A stretch of DNA of 64,000 bases from Candidatus Latescibacterota bacterium (GTDB lineage: Bacteria; Latescibacterota; UBA2968): assembly GCA_965222605.1 (NCBI GenBank), contig OZ244960.1:2944001-3008000 (forward strand). The letters are read 5' to 3'. Shown piece after piece: positions 49,024-58,535 of this stretch (positions are counted from its first letter, which is position 1; every line of letters starts with the position of its first letter). A model generated the notes under the pieces. That model was not told the origin of the DNA. It did not search any database and was given only the letters and a program-made list of their open reading frames with translations. A program made the translations under genes and the position numbers.

Positions 49024-49830
49024 TTATACGAGATCACCCAAATCTAGCATATCGCGTGTAATAAGCGGATTTCCCAGGGGACGGTCGATAAAGGGACCGT
49101 GATAGTCTGAGCCACCGGAGATGAGCAGATTGTTCTGTTTGCAGAAATCAATATAGTAGTTGGCTTCAGAGAGATCGTTTAGCGAGGGCGAATAGCATTC
49201 GATACCAGCGATGCCAAAGTCGCGCCATTGCATGAGTTGATCTCTGGACATCAGTTCGCCGCCCTGATACACATTGGGATGCGCGAGAAAAGGGATACCA
49301 CCTGCGTCTTTGACAGTCTGGATAACAGTTTCAGGAGGTGGGCATTCAGCACGTATGGTCAGGTGTTGAGAGCGCGCAAAGTAGCCGGGAATATCCTGGA
49401 TGACGCCCTGGTCAATGAGAAAATTCAAGGACTTCCAGCCGCCGCGTATCGGATCATAAGTATAGGATTCGTATTGTTCAAAATCGATGCGAGCGTCTTG
49501 TTCAGACAACAGGCGAACCGTTTCTCGATTGAGAGTAATGCGCTCCTCGCGGTTGTGTGAGAGAATAGATTGAAGACCCGAGTGCTCAATGTCAATACCA
49601 TAGCTGGTGATGTGATATTCGCGATCGTACAGCGTTGAAATTTCAACGCCGGGGATACAGTGCATACCACGCGCTTTGCCTTCGGACACCATAGGTTGAC
49701 TATTTTGGGTCGTATCGTGGTCGGTAACCGCAAAAGTCGTGATATCGTATTTCGCGAGCAAATCGAGAAGTTCAGACCGCGTCCATGCACCATCAGAAGC
49801 GGTCGTGTGCATGTGAAGATCAATGTACAT
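49024..49830 (-). CDS. PHP-domain phosphoesterase (TrpH/YciV-like)
   Basis: DLHMHT.ASDG, VTDHD, PGVEIS, LAHP, GGSDYHG. Confidence 0.92.
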   Translation of the reverse strand: MYIDLHMHTTASDGAWTRSELLDLLAKYDITTFAVTDHDTTQNSQPMVSEGKARGMHCIPGVEISTLYDREYHITSYGIDIEHSGLQSILSHNREERITLNRETVRLLSEQDARIDFEQYESYTYDPIRGGWKSLNFLIDQGVIQDIPGYFARSQHLTIRAECPPPETVIQTVKDAGGIPFLAHPNVYQGGELMSRDQLMQWRDFGIAGIECYSPSLNDLSEANYYIDFCKQNNLLISGGSDYHGPFIDRPLGNPLITRDMLDLGDLV

Positions 49831-49866
49831 GCAGGTTATTCCTACCAGTACCAATTAAGGGAGTTA

Positions 49867-50094
49867 TCAAACGAGGTTTTCAGTTGGGATCGTTCTTAAA
49901 AGATTCCCCATCACTTTTTTTGCATTAAAAATATCGATCAGATAAACCTGACCATCTTTAAATTCAACTGTAAAACCATCACCTTCGATCACCCGGTCAG
50001 GTATGCCTCGCATATCTCGCCGAAAAAAGAGAATATTTCCGGTTTGAGGATCGATCTTTTTGTCAAAAAGTTCAGGCTTAAAGTTTAAATCCAT
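49867..50094 (-). CDS. DUF2283-like putative antitoxin
   Basis: Small beta-rich protein ending IDIFNA.K, directly downstream of a DUF4258-like gene. Confidence 0.6.
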   Translation of the reverse strand: MDLNFKPELFDKKIDPQTGNILFFRRDMRGIPDRVIEGDGFTVEFKDGQVYLIDIFNAKKVMGNLLRTIPTENLV

Positions 50095-50330
50095 CGTTTT
50101 GCCTTTCGTCAATTATCAATGGTTCTTTGATCCGTTCGATAAATTGTGATAAAGTTTTTGGTGTCAGGATCAATGACAAGAACGAATAGTATGCCTGTGA
50201 TGCGAACAATTTTGATATCAGTGTTTTGCCTCTTGTCGTAGAACGTATGTATCGCGCTACTTTTTTCTACAACATCTGGATCAATTTCATAAAGTCCAAG
50301 TTTATCAAGGGCATGTTGAGTAAAGTTCAT
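50085..50330 (-). CDS. DUF4258-like putative toxin; TGA at 50109-50111 clips the last 8 codons
   Basis: FTQHA..K start, ITIY, then DN*RKAKRWI*. Confidence 0.55.
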
Positions 50331-50372
50331 ACCAGAATGTAGTAAAATTAGAGGCTAAAAACAGCGACTTTT

Positions 50373-50684
50373 TTATCTATCTGTTTCGTAATCAAACACG
50401 AGCACATCATCGACAATTGGACGTATAAAAGTCTGGCTAAGTGCTCTGTGATCCGGATGCGGCAAATAGAAATCTCGCGCGGCCTCATCCGTAAACCGAA
50501 TAATAAACCCCCAGTCATAGCCGTAATTTTTACCCTCCGGGCTATTATTATACCCACCCGTAATCTCCACCATACCCGGAATACTACCCTTTTCTTTTAG
50601 CGCAAACAGACCATCGTGGAGCGCCCGGGTCTGTTCCCGCGTAACCCCATCTTTGAGCTTGAGAAGAACAATATGATCTATCAT
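50373..50684 (-). CDS. Dabb (stress-responsive A/B barrel) protein
   Basis: I.HIVLLK, IPG, G.N.SPE, F.D...RD.YL.HP.H, V.D. Confidence 0.9.
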   Translation of the reverse strand: MIDHIVLLKLKDGVTREQTRALHDGLFALKEKGSIPGMVEITGGYNNSPEGKNYGYDWGFIIRFTDEAARDFYLPHPDHRALSQTFIRPIVDDVLVFDYETDR

Positions 50685-50695
50685 AGAAAATCCTT

Positions 50696-53104
50696 TCACG
50701 TTATCGCGCGTTCCCGATACAAATTATAAACACACCACAGAACAAGCGCGTAAGCCACAGCGGCAATATAAAAATTGGTAGATATCCCAAATATAATAGA
50801 AACAAACACAGCCAGCGCAGAACACAGCACACCCATAATCCCATTCAGTGCCCAGAACCACGGGGTTTCATCTTCATAAGAAGTCTGAACCAGACGCATA
50901 CCCGTCGGAAAAAACAGCCCCATGAGCATCCCCACAGGAAAAATGACCAGAACAGACATCAGAATTTTTGTCGCTGTATCCTCAGCCATCATGTGAGACA
51001 GCAAATAGTGGAGAATGGTATTGAGAGCAACAACACTCATCGCCGTTATAATCGGAAAAACATAACCCCATGGTTTTCGAGTAAGCGGAAGATGATCGCT
51101 TACAAAACTGCCCATACCCGTACTCACAATAAGTGTAAACAGCAATATACCCAGCGAATAGATGGGATGTCCAGTAAATACGTTGAGCCGTTGAATCAGG
51201 GCAATCTCCACAAACATAAAAGCTGAGCCAATCAAAGAAAAATACAAAGCACCAAACCAGAAACCGCGTGTTTGCATCAACGTTGTGGGCCTGTGCGCGA
51301 GCCACAAAGGCACGCCAATCGTTGCAACAGTGAGTACTCCGAGCACGAGCAAAAGCACGAGCAACGTGGCGAGTGCTCTTAAATTTCCGCTGAGAACCCC
51401 CTCTTGACCTCGCAGTGCGGTATCCAGATGATTCAGCTTCAACATATTAAAAAAATAAGGATTGTCATCTGTCGGCGGGCTGTAATCGAGTTCGGCCTGA
51501 GCCACAGCCTCTGCGAGTTGATCTGTGGATTGAGCAGATAAAATCTGTCTCAAAACAGGTTCGGTGGGCAAATTGTTGGGCACATGCACAATTTGATATT
51601 GCAACTCCTCGCACACCTGTCTTAACCGGTTAATATCCGCCTCACTCAGCGGCTGCCGGCAAATCAGCAAAGTCGAGACATTGCCAATAGTGATGAGTGC
51701 CATGTGGTCCGCCGGTTTTTTTACACTCAGCCGCAAGAGCGATTCAACGCCCAGGCTCAACACGCGACCGGTTTCCCCAATATGTTCAGCGCTATACCAC
51801 CGCGACACCGTGAAAATACCATCTTCTGACAGACGGTTGAGAAATGTCTGCCAGGCTTCAACCGTATAGAGCGCGTTTTCAGACAGAGAAAAAGCACCCG
51901 CGCCCGTTGCTGCCCAGGTATCGATCAACGCCATCTGAATAACGGAAAACTGCTCGCGGCTTTGCGACAAAAAACTGCGCGCATCATCCACCACAAAGGT
52001 CACGTCATCCCGATTGGCGAGACCGGCAAATTCGCGAAACTCATTTTGGAGCAAATCGACAAATATCGGATTGACCTCAATACCCAAAACAGCGTCGTGA
52101 CCAAAAAATAGCGCACTCTGGATATCTTTCCCCCCGCCCACACCAATAATACACGCTTTGCCCCGTCTATTGAGATAATACCCGACATTTGTGATATCAT
52201 AACGCAGATGTTCAATATCTTTGGGCGAAGCAAAAGATCTGATAGCCGTGCCCGCTGCACCATCAATCGTCATTCCGTAAAAAAAGATATTCTCTCTCTG
52301 TGCTACAGGACTACCACCCCAGAGTTGCGGGGGCAAATATTGTTGGCGATAAACAACAACGCGCGAAAAGGAATTCCACCGCTCTAAAATCTGTTCGCTG
52401 AGTCTTTGAAATTTCTCTTTCACAAACATCGGGCGAACACCATGTGGGGTTTGGGCATTGACAACTCCCAGAAAAAAAAACACCAGAGCGAGCGCGATAT
52501 AACGACGGACAGAGCGGGATCGCGCAAGACGGGCAAAACACGCACCTGCCAGCGCACCAATACCGCTACACCACAACATAAGACTCGGCGCATCAATTAG
52601 CTCGAGACCGCCCAGAACAATCAGACATCCAGCAGAAGCACCTGCCAAATCACTGGCATAAAGCCTGCCAATCGGTGCATTGAATCGCGTCAACACAGTG
52701 GTAATAACAAGCCCCGCATAATAAAACGGCCAGGCACAGATCAGCGTTGCTACAAAAAGCACGATCAGACTCAGAATACTTTTGTAGAATCCTATTGGCA
52801 AAACGCACAAAAGGATCAAACTAACGGGTATAGACAGCGCAAACCCGACACAGGCTCGGATGAGCGCTTCGATCTTATTCTCATCGTCAAAGCGCTCTTT
52901 TTGTACATAGACCTGGATAGCCCCCGCCGTCATACCCAGCATAGCAATAGAAATCGAAAAAAATGCCAGATGGTACCACGTAATAACACTCAGCAACCGC
53001 ACCAGAATAATCTGGATCGCCAGCGACGCCAAAGCGATCAAAAAAAGACCGGAATAAGCTGCGATTGATCGTTCATTTTTCATAGGCAATAGAAATTCAT
53101 CCAT
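50696..53104 (-). CDS. Membrane-bound spermidine-synthase-like SAM-dependent transferase (start possibly 53083)
   Basis: N- and C-terminal TM bundles, LYA.DL.GA, WNSFSRV, IIGVGGG.D, EVNP, DARS, ENALYT.EA, DDNPYF. Confidence 0.85.
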   Translation of the reverse strand: MDEFLLPMKNERSIAAYSGLFLIALASLAIQIILVRLLSVITWYHLAFFSISIAMLGMTAGAIQVYVQKERFDDENKIEALIRACVGFALSIPVSLILLCVLPIGFYKSILSLIVLFVATLICAWPFYYAGLVITTVLTRFNAPIGRLYASDLAGASAGCLIVLGGLELIDAPSLMLWCSGIGALAGACFARLARSRSVRRYIALALVFFFLGVVNAQTPHGVRPMFVKEKFQRLSEQILERWNSFSRVVVYRQQYLPPQLWGGSPVAQRENIFFYGMTIDGAAGTAIRSFASPKDIEHLRYDITNVGYYLNRRGKACIIGVGGGKDIQSALFFGHDAVLGIEVNPIFVDLLQNEFREFAGLANRDDVTFVVDDARSFLSQSREQFSVIQMALIDTWAATGAGAFSLSENALYTVEAWQTFLNRLSEDGIFTVSRWYSAEHIGETGRVLSLGVESLLRLSVKKPADHMALITIGNVSTLLICRQPLSEADINRLRQVCEELQYQIVHVPNNLPTEPVLRQILSAQSTDQLAEAVAQAELDYSPPTDDNPYFFNMLKLNHLDTALRGQEGVLSGNLRALATLLVLLLVLGVLTVATIGVPLWLAHRPTTLMQTRGFWFGALYFSLIGSAFMFVEIALIQRLNVFTGHPIYSLGILLFTLIVSTGMGSFVSDHLPLTRKPWGYVFPIITAMSVVALNTILHYLLSHMMAEDTATKILMSVLVIFPVGMLMGLFFPTGMRLVQTSYEDETPWFWALNGIMGVLCSALAVFVSIIFGISTNFYIAAVAYALVLWCVYNLYRERAIT
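53015..53092. repeat. 78-bp direct repeat, copy 1
   Basis: GATCGCCAGCGACGCCAAAGCGAT...CATAGGCAATAG; recurs at 55737-55814 with a few substitutions. Confidence 0.9.
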
Positions 53105-53109
53105 ACAAT

Positions 53110-53136
53110 GTAGGGGCGGTGCCCCCGTGCCCGCCC
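53110..53136 (+). repeat. GTAG-type REP
   Basis: GTAGGGGCGGTGCCCCCGTGCCCGCCC. Confidence 0.75.
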
Positions 53137-53450
53137 GTAGTTCCGTCTATCCATCCCGAAGGTACACCGAATCGGCGAAATCATCAAGCCTAATGCATGC
53201 TAAGCCATATAGCCAATAGTAACAGGGGGTTGTCCCGACTACTGAATTACTATTTTGACAAATGTTTTTAGTTTTCTATATTGGCTGGCATTCACAGGGT
53301 ATTTTTTTACGTGAGAATCTGCTTTGGTGATTTTAGACTTATCATGCCTGTCTATCTATCGGTGATGGGACGCTGATGCCGGGCGTCATATCATGTATCG
53401 AGATATAAGACAATTTCTTGGATCGAAAACTTATCTCACAAGAGGTAGAG

Positions 53451-54581
53451 ATGATGGAAGCAATAAGCACAATCCTCGCGCTGCTATTGGTCATGGCTTT
53501 CATGGCAATGCTTATTGGCCTGATTCGACCAACACTTGTAATCCGCTGGGGAGAGAAGCGTACTCGTGGCCGTGTACTCCTTTACTATGGTCTGGGATTA
53601 ATTGTACTGAGCATTTTGGGACCAGCGATGGAGCCAGAGGAGGTAAAGGTAGAGCGAGCAGAAAAAAACCTCGAAAGAGGAACGCGGCTACTCTCAGTCG
53701 CACGTTCGGCGTACGACACTCAGAATTACCAGACTGCCGTAGATTCTGCCGACGTAGCGACCAGCACCCTTAAGAGCGCGAAACTGTACATTAGTGAGGC
53801 CGCTGTTCTCGAAGGTCAAGCAAAGGCCTTTCTCGACTCCGCCGAGACAGCATTGAAAGAACAAATATCAGCGAGTAAAAAGAAAAAAGAGCAAAAAAAT
53901 GTTATGCTGGATAACCCTTTGGCTACTGGGCAACCCGGCAAGTATGGGTATATAAATAAACGTGGGGAGATGGTTATCAACCCTCAATTTGACGATGCAG
54001 GACGTTTCTCTGAAGGATTGGCGTGTGTAAAAGTGGGTGCCAAGTGGGGGTATATCAACAAAAGCGGCGATTATGTTGTTACTCCCCGATTTAATAATCT
54101 TTTCGGTAACGCTTTCTCCGAGGGACTGGCAAGTGGGGAAGTGGACGGCAAGTGGGAATATATCAACAAAAGCGGGGAGTATGTTGCTTCTCCCCAATTT
54201 GACTGGGTTTATCCTTTCTATGAGGGACTGGCAATTGTAAAGGTGGGTGACAAGAGGGGATATATCAACACAAGTATGGAGTATGTTATCAACCCCCAAT
54301 TTGACGATGCAAGCTCTTTCTCCGAGGGGCTGGCAAGGGTGAAAGTGGGCCGCAGGTGGGGATATATCAACAAAAGCGGAATATATGTTATCGCTCCCCA
54401 ACTTGACGGGACAAGGCCTTTTTCTGAGGGGCTGGCAGTTGTCTGGATCGGCGGCGATGGGCTTGGAAGAGGCGGCAAGTGGGGATATATCGACACGCAG
54501 GGAGCAGTGGTTATTCCGCTTCAATTTGACCAGGTAAGTCCTGTCACTGAAGGGTTGGCGGCTGTGAAAGTGTATAAATAA
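53451..54581 (+). CDS. Membrane-anchored WG (KWG)-repeat protein
   Basis: Two N-terminal TMs, a helical linker, six K.GYI...G..V..PQF....F.EGLA.V repeats. Confidence 0.9.
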   Translation: MMEAISTILALLLVMAFMAMLIGLIRPTLVIRWGEKRTRGRVLLYYGLGLIVLSILGPAMEPEEVKVERAEKNLERGTRLLSVARSAYDTQNYQTAVDSADVATSTLKSAKLYISEAAVLEGQAKAFLDSAETALKEQISASKKKKEQKNVMLDNPLATGQPGKYGYINKRGEMVINPQFDDAGRFSEGLACVKVGAKWGYINKSGDYVVTPRFNNLFGNAFSEGLASGEVDGKWEYINKSGEYVASPQFDWVYPFYEGLAIVKVGDKRGYINTSMEYVINPQFDDASSFSEGLARVKVGRRWGYINKSGIYVIAPQLDGTRPFSEGLAVVWIGGDGLGRGGKWGYIDTQGAVVIPLQFDQVSPVTEGLAAVKVYK

Positions 54582-54769
54582 CTTGGTGGTTTGGGACAGA
54601 AACTGGCTTATGAAATCAATCGTTTCACTTCATCCTACTCATCCAGTTCACAATAATCTAAAACATTCCTGAGTCTGCGGTTTCAAATTGCTTTAGTGCA
54701 TCTAAAACAAGAAAGAGCGGACAATCTACTCTGGATTTGTCCGCTCTTGCCTTCCTATTTTTAAAACTG

Positions 54770-54985
54770 TTATTTCGCTCCCGACACGCGCAGTCGGCAT
54801 AACGCCCGTGCCAGTGCTGTTTATGCGCGTTCTACATCTAAGTCTGGCGTGCGATTGTCCAATCCCTCTTGTGTTCGCGCAACGCATTCTATACCGATTT
54901 CATCGCTAAACTCGGCTACCTCTGCCAGGATTGTTGCACCATCATCCGATACATTGGCGAATCCATCGCTGATGGCAAGTGTACG
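54770..54985 (-). pseudogene. atpC: ATP synthase epsilon subunit 3' fragment
   Basis: LAISDGFANV..D.ATILAE.AE..DEI...DLDVERA*TALARAL.RL.V; internal TAA; no 5' half; terminator hairpin at about 54715-54748. Confidence 0.75.
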
Positions 54986-55023
54986 ATTGGTGAGAGCGCA
55001 GAATATGGCTTGTCCCATCCGAT

Positions 55024-55259
55024 TTAGTATTTAAAAATCTCATTACTGTCCGAGAAGCTGTTAAGAGTAACCCCTTTCACTGGGTTATTAATACCCTCAA
55101 CTCGCCATCGATCTAACGCAAAATTCACATATTTTTCCTCGTGTAGATCGAGAAATCTTGTATAGACTTCGTACCAATAGTTCTTATTCTTATTCTTTCG
55201 TCTGTGTTCTATCTCTTCCTGCGCTTTATCGGACGATGTGCCTATCTTAGTTGAAATAG
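55024..55259 (-). pseudogene. AT-rich gene 3' fragment truncated by the adjacent IS end
   Basis: Open frame with no plausible start that runs into the IS-like end at about 55260. Confidence 0.35.
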
Positions 55260-55452
55260 TAGAGGCTCCGATGTAAATTGGATACAGCAGATTCAACCGT
55301 GAAAACGCTGTGTCCTCACCCAAAGGAGCCCGTGATGAAAAAAGTATCGCACAAAGCCCCCAAAGTCAAGGCCATCCACAAAGACGATGCAACGCTAGAG
55401 ACACCCCTTGAAGAAGAAGTGGGCGCACTGGATACACGCATCGCGTTGATAG
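55260..55452 (+). mobile_element. Probable IS256-family left end with truncated transposase start
   Basis: GAGGCTCCGATGTAAATT terminus, RBS AAGGAG, MKKVSH...LDTRIALI resembling IS256 transposase N-termini, then an abrupt end. Confidence 0.45.
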
Positions 55453-55572
55453 GCTGGGATACTGAATGATCTTTTTCCCTTAGCGAAAACTTGCTTCAAT
55501 GTGAGTAATTCAAGACTTTGTTCAGTGGTGGACATGTAAAGCCTCCCGTGTAAACGAAATTTATAGGATCAG

Positions 55573-55779
55573 ATGATGACAAGGACCAAAACGACGCGCT
55601 ACGATGTCGCCGAGCACCTGCGAACGCCCGAGGAGATGGCGGCATACTTAGAAGCCTGCATTGAGAAAGCGGATGGTGATGCTGCTTTCATCGCCAAAGC
55701 ACTGGGCGATATTGCCTGCGCCAAGGATCTGTCTCAGATCGCCAGCAACGCCAAAGCGATTAAAAAAAGACCGGAATAA
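55573..55779 (+). pseudogene. Truncated addiction-module antidote protein (HI1420-like HTH)
   Basis: YDVAEHLRTPEEMAAYLEAC...GDAAFIAKALGDIA.AK..SQIA; the HTH half is replaced by the 78-bp repeat. Confidence 0.8.
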
Positions 55780-55814
55780 GCTGCGATTGAACGTTCGTCT
55801 TTCATAGGCAATAG
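55737..55814. repeat. 78-bp direct repeat, copy 2
   Basis: Matches 53015-53092. Confidence 0.9.
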
Positions 55815-56005
55815 GATGCAATGCGAATGAAGAGAGGAATTATATACTTCATATACTTGAAAAGGTCAATCAAATAGGGAGTGGATTAGAGCAATGCCCT
55901 ATTTTTTAGCTGCCTGTTTTTTTGTCAAGTTCTTAATTGTGTTAGAAATCTATTTTCTCTATATTTATGAAGGGAAGATATACCTGAGCAAAAAGGCGTA
56001 ACAGA

Positions 56006-56425
56006 ATGGCAGATAAAACAGACGAAGAAAGAGTAGTTATTTGGAGCACCGGAGACAAGCAGAGAACATGGCTGATATTATTAGCCTCGACATTCTTTTA
56101 TTCTTCACTGATACTGGTCCTTCGGCACAATTGGAACAAAATTGTCGAAACTGATTACAACACAATTGTTGAGGCAATAAGTACCATGGGGTCCGCAGGA
56201 GTACTTGCTATTACGTTAGCTTTTTTAATTATAGAGGGGGTAAATCTCATGCTTATTTCAGTCGAAAAATACCGCAAAGCTCAGCGAGAAGAAGGCCGCC
56301 AAGAACGAGACAAACAATGGCTTGAATGGCTTGAGAGAGTCAGTGCTGAAAATCCTAATCTCCCATTGCCGCCTTTTATCGAGAATGGTACAGATCAAAA
56401 TGGGAATGCGGCAAACAATACATGA
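56006..56425 (+). CDS. Hypothetical 2-TM membrane protein
   Basis: Two hydrophobic segments and a REEGRQE...W.EW.ER tail. Confidence 0.65.
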   Translation: MADKTDEERVVIWSTGDKQRTWLILLASTFFYSSLILVLRHNWNKIVETDYNTIVEAISTMGSAGVLAITLAFLIIEGVNLMLISVEKYRKAQREEGRQERDKQWLEWLERVSAENPNLPLPPFIENGTDQNGNAANNT

Positions 56426-56505
56426 GCATACAACTTTTAATGGAAGTATAGCTGTGGATTTTGGCTGGCGATAGTCGGATTTGAGAATATCAGGTACTGG
56501 ATTTT

Positions 56506-56537
56506 AAAAAGCACGCTCCGTTTAGAGCGTGCTTTTT
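56506..56537. terminator. Bidirectional intrinsic terminator
   Basis: AAAAAGCACGCTC-N6-GAGCGTGCTTTTT. Confidence 0.8.
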
Positions 56538-56546
56538 CATTCTCCC

Positions 56547-56575
56547 TTGACAGCCTCAATCCACCGCCCTATATA
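56547..56575 (+). promoter_or_regulatory. Sigma70 promoter positioned for a leaderless mRNA
   Basis: TTGACA-N17-TATATA ending 5 nt before ATG 56581; no Shine-Dalgarno. Confidence 0.7.
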
Positions 56576-56580
56576 AAGTT

Positions 56581-58527
56581 ATGGCTGAAGTCGCTCGAGA
56601 ATACGAACAAAAAGACCCCACCGCACGCGCATTGACCTATAAGTCGATCATCCTGGGGCTGGCACTTGTACTCGTAGCCGCGCTCGGTGGATTTTATGCA
56701 CGGCACATCTTGCACACAACGCGGCTGGCGCAAAATCACTTATCCCTCGCCGTGGTTTTTCCCTTTGCAATAACAGTCGTATTCTTGCGGCATTATCTCA
56801 AGCTCAATCGGGGCGAACTCCTGGTCATCTTTTCAATGGGCCTGATCGCCTCAACCCTGCCAACGTATTTCTTAAGCCGATTAATTGCCAGTTTTTGCGT
56901 ACCGTATTATCTCGCCGACCCGACAAATCGATGGGGTGAGTTTACACACGATTATCTGCCATCCTGGGCCGTAATTGAACCCGGCCCGGCATTGACGTGG
57001 TTTTTTGAGGGCTTGCCGCGCGGCGCGCCTGTTCCCTATGAAGTGTGGATCGGGCCTTTGTTCTGGTGGTTGAGCCTGCTCGCGGCACTCTGCGCAGTCT
57101 TGCTGTGTACAGCAGTAATCTTGCGCAAGCAATGGATCGAATACGAGCGATTGGACTACGCCCTCATGGAATTGCCCCTCGCAATGGTCGAGGGAGGCGA
57201 TACACCATCCCGCTTGCCCCCGTTTATGCGCTCGCCGCTCTTTTGGTTGGGTTTTTCATTTTCGATCTTCGGCATTTTGTGGAATATTATTTCCTATTTT
57301 AATCCCACATTTCCCGTATTTCCATGGCGATTTGAATCCGTTTCATTTGGACGAGATTTTCAGGCAATTCGCATGAACCTCTACTGGCCAATCGTGGGAT
57401 TTGCCTACTTTATCAACTTAGACGTCTCGTTTAGCATCTGCTTTTTCTACCTCCTCGCGGTCATCGAAGAGGGATTATTCAACCGATTCGGCGTCACAAT
57501 TTCAGAAGCGAATTTTGCTGGCACCTCCTTTGTACCCGTGGGCTGGCAAATGATTGGCGTGTGGTTTGCCGTGGTCGGCTGGGGGCTTTGGATTGCGCGA
57601 GCGCACTTGCGCGATGTATTTCGCAAAGCATTCAAAGGCGATGCTAAAATCGATGACTCAGACGAGTTGCTCTCTTATCGGAGTGCTGTCTTCGGCTTGT
57701 TGGGCGGGCTGCTTTACATGGCCTGCTGGTTTTACGCTTCGGGCATGGGCCTGTGGGTAATCGCGGTATTTCTCGTCGTCATGATGGTGGTCTATATCGG
57801 TATTTCGCGCATCATCGCCGAAACGGGCGTCATCACCATCCGCGCCGTCATGGTACCGCAAACATTTATCATGTTCACATTTGGCACCACGCGATTATCT
57901 GCACAAACCATGGTCGCACTCGGCATGTCTTATGGTTGGTGCGGCGACATGAAAACAACGCTCATGCCCGCCTTGACCCACTCCGTCCGTTTATTTGATA
58001 CTATTCAACATCACAAACGGCAACTCGCGTGGGCCATGTGTCTGGCAATGGGCGTGGGCATTGTCGCATCCTGTCTGTATATCATATCCATGGGGTATGA
58101 AGGTGGCGCGGGCAATTACGGATCGCAAATCTCCGGAGACTTAGCGCGTCGCCCCTGGGATTTCGTGGTTAAATACTCAAAAGACCCCGTCGATCCCGAC
58201 TGGCGCAAAATGGCTTTTTTCACCAGCGGCATCGCCTTCGCTGCCTTCTTGTACTTTTTGCGTTACCGCTACACCTGGTGGCCTCTGCATCCACTGGGTC
58301 TGGCAACCGGGCCTGCGTATCCCGTAACCCATGTAATCTTCCCAATATTTCTCGGCTGGTTGGGCAAATTCGCGATCCTGCGTTTTGGCGGTAGCAGAAC
58401 CTATCGCAGTGCCCGTCCCTTCTTTCTGGGATTGATAATGGGATACTATGTGGGCGCAGGTATTTCGTTTTTCGTCGATATGACCTGGTTTTACGGGCAA
58501 GGTCACGGCGTCCCGTTTTCCGATTGA
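56581..58527 (+). CDS. DUF6785/DUF6784-type polytopic membrane protein (putative transporter)
   Basis: GELLVIF, W..PL..W, LRKQWI..ERL.Y.L..LP, W.AR.HL, SRI.AE.G, WWPLHP.G, K..ILRFGG...Y....PFF.GL. Confidence 0.8.
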   Translation: MAEVAREYEQKDPTARALTYKSIILGLALVLVAALGGFYARHILHTTRLAQNHLSLAVVFPFAITVVFLRHYLKLNRGELLVIFSMGLIASTLPTYFLSRLIASFCVPYYLADPTNRWGEFTHDYLPSWAVIEPGPALTWFFEGLPRGAPVPYEVWIGPLFWWLSLLAALCAVLLCTAVILRKQWIEYERLDYALMELPLAMVEGGDTPSRLPPFMRSPLFWLGFSFSIFGILWNIISYFNPTFPVFPWRFESVSFGRDFQAIRMNLYWPIVGFAYFINLDVSFSICFFYLLAVIEEGLFNRFGVTISEANFAGTSFVPVGWQMIGVWFAVVGWGLWIARAHLRDVFRKAFKGDAKIDDSDELLSYRSAVFGLLGGLLYMACWFYASGMGLWVIAVFLVVMMVVYIGISRIIAETGVITIRAVMVPQTFIMFTFGTTRLSAQTMVALGMSYGWCGDMKTTLMPALTHSVRLFDTIQHHKRQLAWAMCLAMGVGIVASCLYIISMGYEGGAGNYGSQISGDLARRPWDFVVKYSKDPVDPDWRKMAFFTSGIAFAAFLYFLRYRYTWWPLHPLGLATGPAYPVTHVIFPIFLGWLGKFAILRFGGSRTYRSARPFFLGLIMGYYVGAGISFFVDMTWFYGQGHGVPFSD

Positions 58528-58535
58528 TTTGACCT

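Noticed and set aside
50085-50111. Stop-codon reassignment suggested by in-frame stops
   Set aside because: The in-frame stops are of all three types and occur only in decayed genes; intact genes end normally at TGA, TAG and TAA
53355-53407. Possible fluoride riboswitch (GGTGATGG start)
   Set aside because: It lacks the following GTTCRCC pairing and pseudoknot, and the downstream gene is unrelated
53930-54570. About 105-bp periodic DNA repeats suggesting an array or DGR template/variable repeats
   Set aside because: They encode in-frame WG repeats; differences are not adenine-specific and there is no reverse transcriptase
53015-55814. 78-bp repeat pair as DGR TR/VR or prophage att sites
   Set aside because: Mismatches are not confined to adenines, and there is no RT, integrase, tRNA or phage gene
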